This document shows positions 25,666-38,479 of a DNA stretch of 60,000 nucleotides, in pieces. Where the stretch lies: positions 144,152,001-144,212,000 of the forward strand of contig CM059432.1 of assembly GCA_030390025.1 (NCBI GenBank), given 5' to 3'. The notes beneath the pieces are model-generated. The model made no database searches. It was not told the origin of the DNA and saw nothing but the letters and a program-made list of their open reading frames with translations. Position 1 is the first letter of the stretch; each line of letters starts with the position of its first letter. Origin of the DNA: Squalus acanthias (taxonomy: Eukaryota). A program made the translations under genes and the position numbers.

Positions 25666-26049
25666 TCTTGTTTTCAAATCGCTCCATGGCCTTACCCCCC
25701 CCCCCCCCCCCACCCCCCCCATCTCTGTAACCTCCTCCAGCCCTACAACCCGCCGAGATTTCTGCGGTCCTCCAATTCTGGCCTCTTGAGCATCCCCGAT
25801 TTTAATCGCTCCACCATTGGTGGCCGTGCCTTCAGCTGCTGAGGTCCTGAGCTCTGGAATTCCCTCCCTAAACCTCTCTGGCTCTCTCTCCTCCTTTAAG
25901 ACGCTCCTTAAAACCTATCTCTTTGACCAAGCTCCTGTCCTAATATCTCCTTACGTGGCTTGACATCAAACTTTGTCTGATAACACTCCTGTGAAGCACC
26001 TTGGGATGTTTTATTACGTTAAAGGCGCTATATAAATGGGAGTTGTTGA
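25666..26049 (+). mobile_element. L2 LINE 3' end with an internal poly-C tract
   Basis: Matches 24760-25140. Tail GGCGCTATATAAATGGGAGTTGTTG. Confidence 0.85.
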
Positions 26050-26117
26050 GTGTGATTAATTATTCTTCTATGTGCTTCAACCTGTTTTTGATTTTTATCC
26101 CTTACCCTTTTTTTAAA

Positions 26118-26466
26118 TGTGAGAAGTCGCACAACACCAGGTTATAGTCCAACAGCTTTATTTGAAATCACAAGCTTTCGGAGCGCTGCTCCTTCGTCAG
26201 GTGAAGTGAAGAGATGCATAAAGGCACAGCATATATAGTCAGAGAACACTGCCAGACGACTACAGTTAATCTTTCTAACTGCCCTTTATCACACCTCGGC
26301 AGAGAGACAATCACGGCAATCAAAGGTGTGAATGGTGTCCAACCAGGTCAGTCAGGAAAACATTACATCAAAAACAATGAGGTGGGGTCACAAGGGGTCA
26401 AATGTGGCAGATGCTGGGGTCTGGATGGAAAACAAAAAACTTTTTTTGCTGGAAATCACATCATGG
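26118..26466 (-). mobile_element. Non-coding Penelope-type element carrying a hammerhead ribozyme (copy 2)
   Basis: Near-identical to 12365-12705. Flanked by CC(T)7AAA (26106-26117) and CC(T)6AAA (26467-26477), a probable TSD. Confidence 0.83.
26168..26204 (-). ncRNA. Minimal type I hammerhead ribozyme motif
   Basis: Identical to 12415-12451. Confidence 0.85.
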
Positions 26467-28338
26467 CCTTTTTTAAAATCCCAGGATACAAAACATGATG
26501 ATGGATGACATGCAGCAGAGTGGAGATTAGTCTGATGGGTGGGGGAGGGTATTTACACAAGAGTTTCCTGACTCTGCTCATTTGCATATCAATCCGAGCA
26601 GCGATTGGTCTAAAACCCGCGTGGAACGGGCGTAATGTGCTGGGATGCTCGGAGATTAGAACGCAGCATTTAAGAAGCCACTTCTGGCTGGAAATGAGAT
26701 TCTGGCAGCAGGGTGAGGAAGTGCGCTAGGCTCAGTCAGCTGGCCAACGTTGGTCCCGCACAGGCCGCTCACCAGCTATTGCCGCTGGTAAAGATACCAC
26801 GTATCTCCCCCAACAGCAGTTCCTTGCAACCCTAAAACCTGCTTCCTCCATCCTTCCGCCCTCCAATTCTGCTTGGCATGCACCCTTCAACTGCTAGCTC
26901 CTCCCCTAACTAACTCAATATGGTTGCAGTAGAAATTGGGTCAGAATGTGAGGCAGACCACTCAAGGGGAGATCCCCAACCTGAAGCCCCTCACACCGTG
27001 GAGCTCAGGGGAGGCAATGGTGCACTTGCTGTGGGTGATGGTGAGGTTGGGGCATATTGCTGGCACCAGGTTAGTGGCTGAACACCCACACTGTCACCCT
27101 GGGGCCCTGTGAAGCTCCACAGACACAGGCTTCCACCCACTTCTCTGTCCCCTTAATCCCAAGGGATTGATAAGGGACTAAGACATTGAATACCACAGTA
27201 TACTGCTAAGGCAGTCAGAACTATGAGGTCCTGAAAGCCACAAGTAGACAAAGATTGGCCTACGCATTACAGTACAATAAACAAAGCTTGTGGGACAGAG
27301 TTTGAGGCCGAAGAGATTAGGATGTGGCGTCAGCTTGTTGGAATTCTATAGGTGCAGCCCAAGGTAGTTGAATACTACAAGGGTCGGACCTGTTCCCTCC
27401 AAAAGTTAGAGTGCTCTTGTGTCAGTCGGAAGTCCATTTGTGTTAACAGTAGCCTAGAGAGCTGGAATTGATCACTTCGGAGCCGAGGAAACTAATTGCC
27501 TATTAATTGCTTGCCATTTAAAGTAATCTGTGGAACAAACCATACTGTTATTAGTCAATGTATGCGAAAGCTTGTTGTTTAAAACGACTCGGGCCTGAAT
27601 CACGTGGAGGTTATTGTTGCAGGATGAAGAACTCTGTATTGTGACCGCAACCATGGGAAATCCGCTAACAACTAGGAACAGATTGATCAAGACCAGGCCA
27701 TGGAGTCCCTGCGACACAATCCTACTTCATGTTCCTCTGCCTCAACCCTCTCCGACTCACCCCAAGTCACTCGCTTCCTCACTCCCAGACACCAGCTCAG
27801 ATACTTTCCCCCAGGAGGAATTAGATAGTGTAAGTGAGGATGTGGGTTCAGGTCATTCACAGAACATGAGGGAGTTGGAGGATTAGGACCTTGCCAGCGG
27901 AGGTGCAAGAGAGACTGCCCGTGGCTTCAGAAACCGGGGACCCAGGACCTGCGGGTCCATGCCCGAAGAGAAGAACTTTTGAGGAATATCGTAGCTACGT
28001 GCAGACTGAGGTGGCAACATGCAAAGGAGGATGTGAGGCATGGGTGCAGGAGATGCCGGCACGGAGGGAAGGGGCTGGGGTGTGGTGCATTGTGGGAGGG
28101 GGTCTTGGGGTATGGGGCACTGAGGGAGGGGGCTCGGGTCTTGGTGTGTTGTAACCGACCGGGTTTTCCTTTGTTCCTGTCATTGAACTCATCCAGAACA
28201 ATGGAGAACAAAATATTGCATGCCTGCCATCTTGATTAGAGCCTGTTATTTACCAAGGAAAAAGATGCTGCCAAAGTCATGGTGAAAGAGGAGTTAGTTG
28301 AGATACTGGATGGGATAAAAATTGATAAAGAGGAGGTA

Positions 28339-29930
28339 CGTGATATCAAGAAACGGCTGAGCGCACTGGATACAGCAAAGGCTATGGGCCCCGACAATAT
28401 CCCGGCTATCGTGCTGAAGACTTGTGCTCCAGAACTAGCCGTGCCTCTAGCCAAGCTGTTCCAGTACAGCTACAACACTGGCATCTACCCGACAATGTGG
28501 AAAATTGCCCAGGTATGTCCTGTCCACAAAATGCAGGACAAATCCAACCCGGCCAATTACCGCCCCATCAGTCAACTCTCAATCATCAGCAAAGTGATGG
28601 AAGGTGTCATCGACAGTGCTATCAAGCGGCACTTACTCACCAATAACCTGTTCACTGATGCCCAGTTTGGGTTCCGCCAAGACCACTTGGCTCCCAACCT
28701 CATTACAGCCTTGGTCCAAACATGGACAAAGGAGCTGAATTCCAAAGGTGAGGTGAGAGTGACTGCCCTTGACATCAAGGCAGCATTTGACCGAGTATGG
28801 CATCAAGGAGCCCTAGTAAGTCTGAAGTCAATGGGAATCGGGGGGGAAACTCTCCACTGGCTGGAGTCATACCTAGTACAAAGGAAGATAGTTGTGGTGG
28901 TTGAAGGTCAATCATCACAGCCCCAGGACATCGCTGCAGGAGTTCCTCAGGGCAGTGTCCTAGGCCCAGCCATCTTCAGCTGCTTCATCAATGAACTTCC
29001 CTCCAACATAAGATCAGAAATGGGGATGTTCGCTGATGACTGCACAGTGTTCAGCGCCATTCACAACTTCTCAGATAATGAAGCAGTCCATGCCCACAGG
29101 CAACAAGACTTGGACAACGTTCAGGCTTGGGCTGATAAGTGGCAGGTAACATTCGCGCCGCAGAAGTGCCAGTCAATAACTATCTCCAACAAGCGAGAGT
29201 CTAACCACCTCCCTTGACAATCAACGGCATTACCATCGCTGAATCCCCCACCATCAACATCCTGGGGGTCACCATTGACCAGAAACTTAACTGGACCAGC
29301 CACATAAATACTGTGGCAACAAGAGCAGGTCAGAGGCTAGGTATTCTGTGGCGGGTGTCTCACCTCCTGACTCCCCAAAGCCTTTCCACCATCTACAAAG
29401 CACAAGTAAGGAGTGTGATGTAATATTCTCCACTTGCCTGATGAGGGCAGCTCCAACAACACTCAAGAAGCTCGACACCATCCAGGACAAAGCAGCCCGC
29501 TTGATTGGCACCCCATCCACCACCTTAAACATTCACTCCCTCCACTACCGGCGTACCGTGGCTGCAGTGTCTACCATCTACAAGATGCACTGCAGCAACT
29601 CGCCAAGGCTTCTTCGGCAGCACCTCCCAAACCCGCGACCTCTTCCACCTAGAAAGACAAGGGCAGCAGGCACATGGGAACACCACCACCTCCATGTTCC
29701 CCTCCAAGTCACACACCATCCTGACTTGGGAGTATATCGCGATTCTTCATCGTCGCTGGGTCAAAATCCTGGAACTCCCTACCTAACATCACTGTGGGAA
29801 TACCTTCACCACGCGGACTGCAGCGGTTCAAGAAGGCGGCTCACCACCACCTTCTCAAGGGCAACTAGGGATGGGCAATAAATGCTGGCCTTGCCAGTGA
29901 CGCCCACATCCCATAAATGAATTAAAAAAA
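28339..29930 (+). mobile_element. Family-B LINE (CR1/L2 group), RT to tail
   Basis: KAMGPDNIP, NYRPIS, QFGFR, LDIKAAFDRVWH, GVPQGSVLGP and MFADD motifs, frameshifts, A-rich end. Confidence 0.93.
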
Positions 29931-30735
29931 CTAGAAAGGCTGGCTGTACTTAAAGTGGATAAGTCTCCAGGACCGGATGGGATGCACCCGAGGATGCTGA
30001 GGGACGTAAAGATGAAAATTGTGGAGTTACTGGCCATAATCTTCCAATCCTCTTGGATACGGGGGTGGTGTCAAAGGACTGGAGAATTGCAAATGTTACA
30101 CCCTTGTGTAAAAGGGTTCAAGGATAAACCCAGCAACTACAGGCCAATCAGTTTAACCTTGGTAGTGGGGAAGCTTTTAGAAATGATAATCAGGGACAAA
30201 ATTAATAGTTACTTGGACAAGTGTGGATTAATGAAGGGAAGCCAGCAGGGATTTGTTAAAGGCAAATCGTGTTTAACTAACTTGATTGTGTTTTATGATG
30301 AGGTTACAGGGAGGGTTGATGTGGGCAATGCAATTGATGTGGTGTACATGGACTTCCAAAAGGCATTTGATAAAGTGCCACATAATAGGCTTGCCAGCAA
30401 AGTTGAAGCCCAGGGAATAAAAGGGACAGCGGCAGCATGGATATGAAATTGGCTAAGTGACAGAAAACAGAGAGTAGTGGTGAACGGTTGTTTTCGGACT
30501 GGAGGAAGGTACACAGTGGTGTTCCTCAGGTGTCGATACTAGGACCACTGCTTTTCTTGATATATATTAATGACTTAGACTTGGGTGTACAGGGCACAAT
30601 TTCAAAATTTGCAGATGACACAAATCTTGGATGTATAGTGAACAATGAGAAGGCTAGTGAGAGGACTTCAAGAGGACATAGACAGGCTGGTGGAATGGGC
30701 GGACAAGTGGCAGATGAAGTTTAACGCAGAAAAGT

Positions 30736-31162
30736 TTTTTTTTAATTCGTTTATGGGATGTGGGCGTCACTGGCAAGGCCAGCATTTATTGCCCATCCCT
30801 AATTGCCCTTGAGAAGGTGCTGGTGAGCCGCCTTCTTGAACCGCTGCAGTCCGTGTGGTGAAGGTACTCCCACAGTGCTGTTAGGGAGGGAGTTCCAGGA
30901 TTTTGACCCAGCGACGATGAAGGATCGGCTGATATACTTCCAAGTCAGGATGGTGTGTGACTTGGAAGGCTACTTGGAGGTGGTGGTGTTCCCATGCGCC
31001 TGATGCACTTGTCCTTCTAGGTGGAAGAGGTCGTGGGTTTGGGAGGTGCTGTCGAAGAAGCCTTGGCGAGTTGCTGCAGGGCATCTTGTAGATGGTAGAC
31101 ACTGCAGCCACAGTACGCCGGTGGTGGAGGGAGTTAATGTGTAAGGTGGTGGATGGGGTGCC
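30736..31162 (-). mobile_element. Family-B LINE 3' end nested in CR1
   Basis: Reverse complement of 29505-29930. AAGT is duplicated at 30732-30735 and 31163-31166. Confidence 0.92.
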
Positions 31163-32559
31163 AAGTGCGAAGTGATACATTTTGGTAGGAAGAACGAGGA
31201 GAGGCAATATAAACTAAAGGGTAGAATTCTAAAGGGGGTGCAGGAACAGAGAGACCTGGGGGTATAAGTGCACAAATCGTTGAAGGTGGCAGGGCAAGTT
31301 GAGAAAGCGGTTAAAAAAGCATACGGGATCCTGGGATTCATAATTAGAGGCATTGAGTACAAAAGCAAGGAGGTTATGATGAACCTTTATAAAATACTGG
31401 TTCGGCCTCAACTAGAGTATTGTGTCCAATTCTGGGCATCGCACTTTAGGAAAGATGTGAAGGCCTTAGAGAGGGTACAGAAAAGATTTACAAGAATGGT
31501 TCCAGGGATGAGGAATTACAGTTACGTGGATGGACTGGAGAAGCTGGGGTTGTTCTCCTTAGAGCAGAGAAGTTTGAGGGGAGATTTGAAAGAGGTGTTC
31601 AAAATCATGAGGGGTCTAGACAGAGTAGATAGAGAGAAACTGTTCCCATTGGCGGAAGGGTCGAGAACCAGAGGACACAGATTTAAAGTGATTGTCAGAA
31701 GGCAACATGAGGAAAAACTTTTTTACTCAGCGAGTGGTTAGGATCTGGAATGCGCTGCCTGAGAGGGTGGTGGAGGCAGATTCAATCGTGGCTTTCGAAA
31801 GGGAATTGGATAAGTACCTGAAGGAAAAAAAATTGCAGGGCTACAGGGAAAGGGCGGGGGAGTGGGACTAGCTGAAGTGCTCTTGCAGAGAGCCGGCACG
31901 GGCTCGACGGGCCGAATAGCCTCCTTCTGTGCTGTGACCATTCTATGATTCTAAGAATTCAACAAAATGTGGGCAACTAACCGTTATTTCGAAGAAGAGT
32001 AGAATGTAGCCCCTTAGAAGATGGTCTCAGTGTCCATCATCCCCCTTCTCAGAACCCCCCCCCTCCCCAAACATATCAATACGCACTTGCTGATGGGATG
32101 TGCTAAACACCGTACAATTCTCTAAACTTGGATTCCATACCTGTGCACTATTCGCCCTGATTTACACATGGAGTAGACAACACCTTGATCAGCGAGTTCC
32201 TCTAGTACAATCCTCGCTGAAATATTGCTGAGGATCAACAATATCCACCCGTCAGTTAAAAAGGAGAGAACATTACCAGTGGCAAATGGATCTGCCAGAA
32301 TGCTTTTTAAGCCAGGCAGCTTTTAAGAGCTTTTGATGATTACGAAGCGTCAGCCTACAAATAAGTATTATCAGAAATATTTAAAGCGGCTGCCTCCCAT
32401 AATCTAACCCAATGAAGCCAAGAATTGTTCCCAAAGTAACGTTTATTTGAAAAATGCGTACTATTTTTGAGGCATGTCAGTGGAACTTTATTTGCTGGAT
32501 CACTGCAGTTTTGCGTATGAACCAGGGGGAGTCTGAGACCACAGCAATACTGCAAACCC

Positions 32560-33061
32560 AGAGAGAGAGAGAGAGAGAGAGAGAGAATTTTTTTTGCATC
32601 CAAGTCCTCTCACAGCAAAGGCCAGGCAGTCTCTGAACACATTCAATGCAGCAGCGGCGACTTTCAGACCTAATACTACTACTACCTTCATCACATCTCC
32701 GTTGTAATAGTGGACCTGCAGCTGTCCACTTGTGCTCCCGCCAGGTTTCACTGGAGTGTTTCAGACCAGGCTTACTTCACGTCAGAAAAGGGTTAAACTA
32801 GCTAAAACGTTTCAAAATGGCATTACAGAGCCAATTTAGAACTTGTTAAGGGCTTTAATGGCCTCTCCCGCCTCTTGGAGGCGGCACGGAGTCGGGAACC
32901 CCGCGACTGATTTTGTCAAAATTGCGTGGAGGCGGGATGGAGTCGGGATGGGGTCGGAAACCCCGACCCCGCAAATTTAACCCCCCACACGCCTCCAAAC
33001 CCGACTCTATGGGTCATTCAAAATCCAGCCCTGACTCTATGGGTCATTCAAAATCCAGCCC
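32560..33061 (-). mobile_element. Harbinger-type MITE, partial inverted copy of 51437-51900, with its terminal 30 bp duplicated
   Basis: Long reverse-complement match to 51437-51900. TIR AAAATCCAGCCC occurs twice, ending at 33031 and 33061. Confidence 0.85.
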
Positions 33062-33062
33062 T

Positions 33063-33521
33063 GAGTCTCGCTAGAACACTGATGGGAGACTGAGTCTCGC
33101 TAGAACACTGGTGGGAGACTGAGTCTCGCTAGAACTCTGATAGGAGACTGAGTCTCGCTAGAACACTGATGGGAGACTGAGTCTCGCTAGAACACTGATA
33201 GGAGACTGAGTCTCGCTAGAACACTGATGGGAGACTGAGTCTCGCTAGAACACTGATAGGAGACTGAGTCTCGCTAGAACACTGATAGGAGACTGAGTCT
33301 CGCTAGAATACTGATAGGAGACTGAGTCTCGCTAGAACACTGATGGGAGACTGAGTCTCGCTAGAACTCTGATAGGAGACTGAGTCTCGCTAGAACACTG
33401 GTGGGAGACTGAGTCTCGCTAGAACACTGATGGGAGACTGAGTCTCGCTAGAACACTGATAGGAGACTGAGTCTCGCTAGAACACTGATGGGAGACTGAG
33501 TCTCGCTAGAACACTGATGGG
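33063..33521. repeat. 29-bp minisatellite, about 16 copies
   Basis: GAGTCTCGCTAGAACACTGAT(G/A)GGAGACT in tandem, decaying to about 33570. Confidence 0.97.
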
Positions 33522-34000
33522 ATTCTCGCTGGAACGCTGATGGGAATCTTGCTGGAATGCCGATGGAAGTCCGGTACAACAGATGGAAGGGCTATCAAGA
33601 CCCCAACACGCCAGGTCCCAAGGCTTCCCTGGAAGCTTCCGGAGGCCTTGCGTGAGCCGGAGCCTCTGCCCACTCCACAGATGGTGACTGATGCACAGGG
33701 GGTGGGGCCATGGGCTGGGGCTCCATACACTGGGAGCTGCAGCTTCATTGAACACCAGTAGGACCCAGCATAACAGTGGAGGCCAGTGTGCTGAGTGGGA
33801 TCAGGCATGCCATCTCCAGAAGGTACAATTAGGGGAGGGCGAACGGTCCAGGCAAGGGAATTGACCTGGATTATCACCCCCCTAAAAGAAGGGATTTAAA
33901 CGTCAGCCGCCTTACAAATGGAGACCAAAGGTGTTAGCAAATTATTTCTCTAGGTAAGGGGGAGGGGGGCGGAGTTGGGCAATGCTCTCCCAATGTCAGC

Positions 34001-34437
34001 AAGAAAGAAAGACTTGCATCTCTTTAGCGCCTTTCACAACCTCAGGATGTCCCAAAGCGCTTCTCAGCCAATGAAGTACTTTTTGAAGTGGAGTCACTGT
34101 TGTGATGTAGGAAACGCGGCAACCAATTTGCGCACAGCAAGGTCCCATAAACAGCAATGAGATAATGACCAGATAATCTGTTTTAGTGATGTTGGTTGAG
34201 GGATAACTCCCCTGCTCTTCTTCCAGCAGTGTTACGGTATCTTTTACGTTCACCCGAGACGGCAGACGACTCCGTTTAATGTGTCATCTGAAAGACGGTA
34301 CTCTCTGACAGTGCAGCACTCCCTCAGTACTGCACTGGGAGTGTCAGCCTGAATTTTGTGCTCAAGTCTCTGGAGTGGGACTATGAACCCACAACCTTCT
34401 GACTCAGAGGCGAGAGCGCTGCCCACTGAGCCACGGC
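34001..34437 (-). mobile_element. DeuSINE, near full length
   Basis: Reverse complement of 53991-54437, including the tRNA-like head. Confidence 0.88.
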
Positions 34438-35427
34438 ATCACGAGGCAGACCGGGTGCCTGAGAGGAGCCCATACTGGTGCGGATGCCTGCTGACCCCTT
34501 GCTTACGAGATGCCCGCCCCCTGACCCTGGAGACAGAGAGGCGGAGCTGGAGGGTTCGATCCCAGCTCATCCACCGAGATAGCCCGCCCGAGTGTGTTCA
34601 GGGCCCAGCACTTCACTTCGCTGCTGCAAAGGATCTGTGTGTTTAACCAATCCCATTAATAGATGGGCAGAGTGCACTCGGTGATAACTGAATTAAGAGG
34701 TTCCCTGACAGGCTAATGAAGAAATGGACCTTTTTAGGTGGAACCTTGATAAATGGTTGATCCAGGTGTTTTCAATAATCACAATAAGCACAAGAGTAAA
34801 AAGTATTTTAGGTTGAAGTATAATGCATTATTAAACCATTAAAGGCTGCATATAGAGGCCCATTGTACACAGCGCTATCAATAATCTTCTGTCGGAGTCT
34901 AGACTCATGGAATTAGTCATACTCTTATTCTATTTAATAAAAATCAAAACAAGACGCATAAAAAATCTCATTACATTTTAACAGGGTTACTGCAGCCCAT
35001 GAGAACCACAAGTTTAATTTTCATAAGAGCATCCATTCTTCAATTATGTCAACAATGGAATGTAAATGGCAAATTTAATGCTAACAATATCTCTCCGAGT
35101 ACATTGACAGGTACGAGCCACTCTGTGGAGTAAATGCAAGATGCGTCACGAGAAAGTTAGTGCAGCAATCTCACAAGCAATCCTTGGTCTAAGGTACCAG
35201 GATTTTGCCACCATTGTTTAATTGCCTGGCAAACTTCTGCCCTTCCATATTTCATCCAGTGGACATCACAAAAACTGCCTTTTGAGAAATCCTTTGTCCC
35301 TTTAATCCCGACGGAGTTGGGTTGTTTTGCCTGTTTATTGTTGAATGCAGCACTATTGTTAACTGAGTTAACAAATGTACATTAACACAACCATGATAAA
35401 ACTTCATCCAGAGTAACAGATACACAA

Positions 35428-35602
35428 ATGTGTTAGATGTGGATAAGGGGAAGCTAGATAAACACATGAAGGAGAAAGGATTAGAAGGATGTGCTGATAG
35501 GGTAAGGTGAAGAGGGGTGGAAGGAGGCTCGTGTGGAGCATAAACACCGGCATGGACCAGTTGGGCCGAATGGCCTGTTACTGTGCTGTAAAATTCTATG
35601 TA
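35428..35602 (+). mobile_element. CR1 LINE tail fragment
   Basis: GGAGCATAAACACCGGCATGGACCAGTTGGGCCGAATGGCCTGT...TTCTATGTAAT. Confidence 0.8.
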
Positions 35603-36140
35603 ATAATATAAATTACTGATGGTTATAAAAAGGCAAGATAACTCTTTATAGCCTGTACAATAATTAAACATTTGTTTCCCCATGGTAACCAGCTTAATCT
35701 TCAATTTTAGCTTTCTATATATTACATTTTCTAGAACTAGTGAGAGTAATAAATCAATTACAATTACACGTCTGTGTTGAAATAAGGAGTCCATTGTGAC
35801 AGAGTGAGCTGCTTTGCTGAATCTCGGAGCCCTTCTCTTAGCACCAGAGCACAGAGAGCTGTGCTCATGTCCTGACTTACAACAGCAGGCCGCGGGCAAT
35901 CAGATTAAACCCTAAACACAGCGACAACATAGAACTTACAACACCGACAGCTCCTTGTCCACTGGTTCTAAAATGGTTCCTCACAAGAATAGTAAGAAGC
36001 TGGGTAAATAATAACATCACTGCGAGCATTCCCTGCCAACGGTACAACTCAATTGTCAGAAAAAAAAATGTAAACCCTAATTATGCGCATTTGATATGAG
36101 CTAGATTTAAAACCATCACTGAGAAGACAATTTGTAATAT

Positions 36141-36573
36141 TGGAGACTAGAGAAGCTGGGGTTGTTCTTCTTGGAGCAGAGAAGGTTAAGGGGAGATTTG
36201 ATAGAGGTGTTCAAAATCATGAGGGGTTTTGATAGAGTAAATAAGGAGAAACTGTTTCCATTGGCAGGAGGGTCGGTAACCAGAGGACACAGATTTAAGG
36301 TAATTGGCAAAAGAGCCAGAGGGGAGATGAGGAGAAAAGTATTTTTATGCAGCGAGTTGTTGTGATCTGGAATGCGCTGCCTGAAAGGGCGGTGGAAGCA
36401 GATTCAATAATGACTTTCAAAAGGGAATTGCAGAAATATTTGAACAGGAAATATTTGTAGGGCTATGGGGAAAGAGCAGGGGAGTGGGATTAATTGGACA
36501 GCTATACCAAAGAGCCGGCACAGGCACGATGGGCTGAATGGCCTCCTTCTGTGCTGTATCATTCTATGATTCT
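36141..36573 (+). mobile_element. CR1 LINE 3' end
   Basis: LEQRRLRGDLIEVFKIMRG and tail. Closely similar to 10168-10596. Confidence 0.9.
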
Positions 36574-36902
36574 TTTGGAGGCTACAGAGTAACATGTGTT
36601 TGACTGGTTGCAGCTGGTAAAGCAGGTTTGGCTCAATATCTGTTGCGCTCAATGCATTGGTCAGAAATGAGCAACGTTCCTCTCCCAGTTGCGAGCTCCC
36701 CAGAGGACAGACTGTGTGGCTCATTGAGGCTTACACTCCCTGCCCGTGTAACAGGAAGGGACACTGTCAGAACTCTCTACTACAGGCTTGAACTTCTGCC
36801 TGCCCCATACTAGGAGAACGATGGGCCGAATGGCGGGGGCTCCAAGCAGAGACTTCCTGAGCCTAGAGATCCCCTCCTCACCCGGTGTCGCAGTGGCTGC
36901 CA

Positions 36903-38381
36903 TAACGTCTCATCTGAAAGAAAGCACCTCCAATAGTGCAGTACGCCCTCTGTACTGCTCCTCCGACAATGCAACGCTCGAGCCTCAGTATTGACCCCGA
37001 CAGTGCAGTGCTCCTTCTGTACTGACCCTCCGATAGTGCAGTGCTCCCTCAGTACTGCCCCTCCGATAGTGCAGCGCACCCTCAGTACTGACCCTCCGAT
37101 AGTGCAGAACTCCCCCAGTACTGACCCTCTGACAGTGCAGCGCTCCCTAAGTACTGTCCCTCCGACAGTGCAGCGCTCCCTCAGTACTGCCCCTCCGACA
37201 GTGCAGTGCTCCCATAGTACTGACCCTCCGACAGTGCAGTGCTCCCTCAGTACTGCCCCTCCGACAGTGCAGTGCTCCCTCAGTACTGCTCCTCCGACAG
37301 TGCAGTGCTCACTCAGTACTGACCCTCCGACAGTGCAGCGCTCCCTCAGTACTGCCCCTCCAACAGTGCAGCACTCCCTCAGTACTGCCCCTCCGACAGT
37401 GCAGTGCTCACTCAGTACTGACCTTCTGACAGTGCAGCGCTCCCTCAGTACTACCCCTCCGACAGTGCAGCGCTGCCTCAGTACTGACCCTCCGACAGTG
37501 CAGCGCTTCCTCAGTACTGACCCTCCGACAGTGCAGTGCTTCCTCAGTACTGCCCCTCCGACAGTGCAGCGCTCCCTCAGTACTGACCCTCCGACAGTGC
37601 AGTGCTCACTCAGTACTGACACTCCTACAGTGCAGTGCTCCCTCAGTACTGACACTCCAACAGTGCAGCGCTCCCTCAGTATTGCCCCTCCAACAGTGCA
37701 GCGCTCCCTCAGCACTGCCCCTCCGACAGTGCAGCGCTCCCTCAGTACTGCCCCTCCGACAGTGCAGTGCTCACTCAGTACTGACCCTCTGACAGTGCAG
37801 TGCTCCCTCAGTACTGACCCTCCAACAGTGCAGCGCTCCCTCAGTACTGCCCCTCCGACAGTGCAGCGCTCCCTCAGTACTGCCCCTCCGACAGTGCAGC
37901 GCTGCCTCAGTACTGACCCTCCGACAGTGCAGCCCTTCCTCAGTACTGACCCTCCGACAGTGCAGTGCTTCCTCAGTACTGCCCCTCCGACAGTGCAGTG
38001 CTCCCTCAGTACTGCCCCTCCGACAGTGCAGTGCTCCCTCAGTACTGACCCTCCTACAGTGCAGTGCTCCCTCAGTACTGATCCTCCGACAGTGCGGCGC
38101 TCCCTCAGTAATGACACTCCAACAGTGCTGCGCTCCCTCAGTACTGCCCCTCCAACAGTGCAGCGCTCCCTCAGTACTGCCCCTCTGACAGTGCAGCACT
38201 CCCTCAGCACTGCCCCTCCAACAGTGCAGCGCTCCCTCAGTACTGCCCCTCCAACAGTGCAGCGCTCCCTCAGTACTTTATTGTCAATCTCGGTTATGTG
38301 CTCGAATCTCAGGATTGGGACTTGAACCCGCAGCCATCTGAGTCAGAGGTGAGAGTGCTAATAACTGAGCCATGGCTGACA
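36903..38381 (-). mobile_element. DeuSINE 5' half with an internal minisatellite expansion
   Basis: tRNA-like head at about 38295-38381 and Deu-domain sequence at 36903-36940, both matching 34275-34437. Confidence 0.85.
36985..38277. repeat. 30-bp minisatellite, about 43 copies
   Basis: CCTCCGACAGTGCAG(C/T)GCTCCCTCAGTACTG(A/C)C in tandem. The 444 and 466 aa ORFs are its translations. Confidence 0.97.
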
Positions 38382-38479
38382 CGCAGGGCTGAACATTTCT
38401 GGTTACTTCAAGGAGGGATAGATTTGGGGAAAAAGGAGAGGGCGCAGTGTTAATCAAAGAACAGCACTGGAACATAGGG

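Larger units (their letters stand above)
28245..31953 (+). mobile_element. 5'-truncated CR1 LINE with two nested family-B LINE insertions
   Basis: DKEEV|LERLAVLKVDKSPGPDG, DFQKAFDKVPH, FADDT and LVRPQLEYCVQFW motifs, with tail TTCTATGATTCTA. Confidence 0.95.

Noticed and set aside
26480..28230. Possible LTR retrotransposon or MITE remnant
   Set aside because: I could not identify paired termini, a TSD or gag/pol motifs, so it is left unclassified.
28279..29217. 312-aa RT ORF as a functional or domesticated gene
   Set aside because: It is a chance in-frame fusion of a CR1 fragment with a nested, 5'-truncated family-B LINE that is frameshifted downstream.
31960..32400. Possible exon downstream of an acceptor-like TTATTTGTAG on the minus strand
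   Set aside because: Short frames with stops and no recognisable protein.
33063..33521. CRISPR-like appearance (29-bp partly palindromic repeats)
   Set aside because: Units are head-to-tail with no unique spacers, there are no cas genes, and the context is vertebrate.
36810..38325. 444 and 466 aa mucin-like ORFs on both strands
   Set aside because: Translations of the 30-bp SINE-derived minisatellite.
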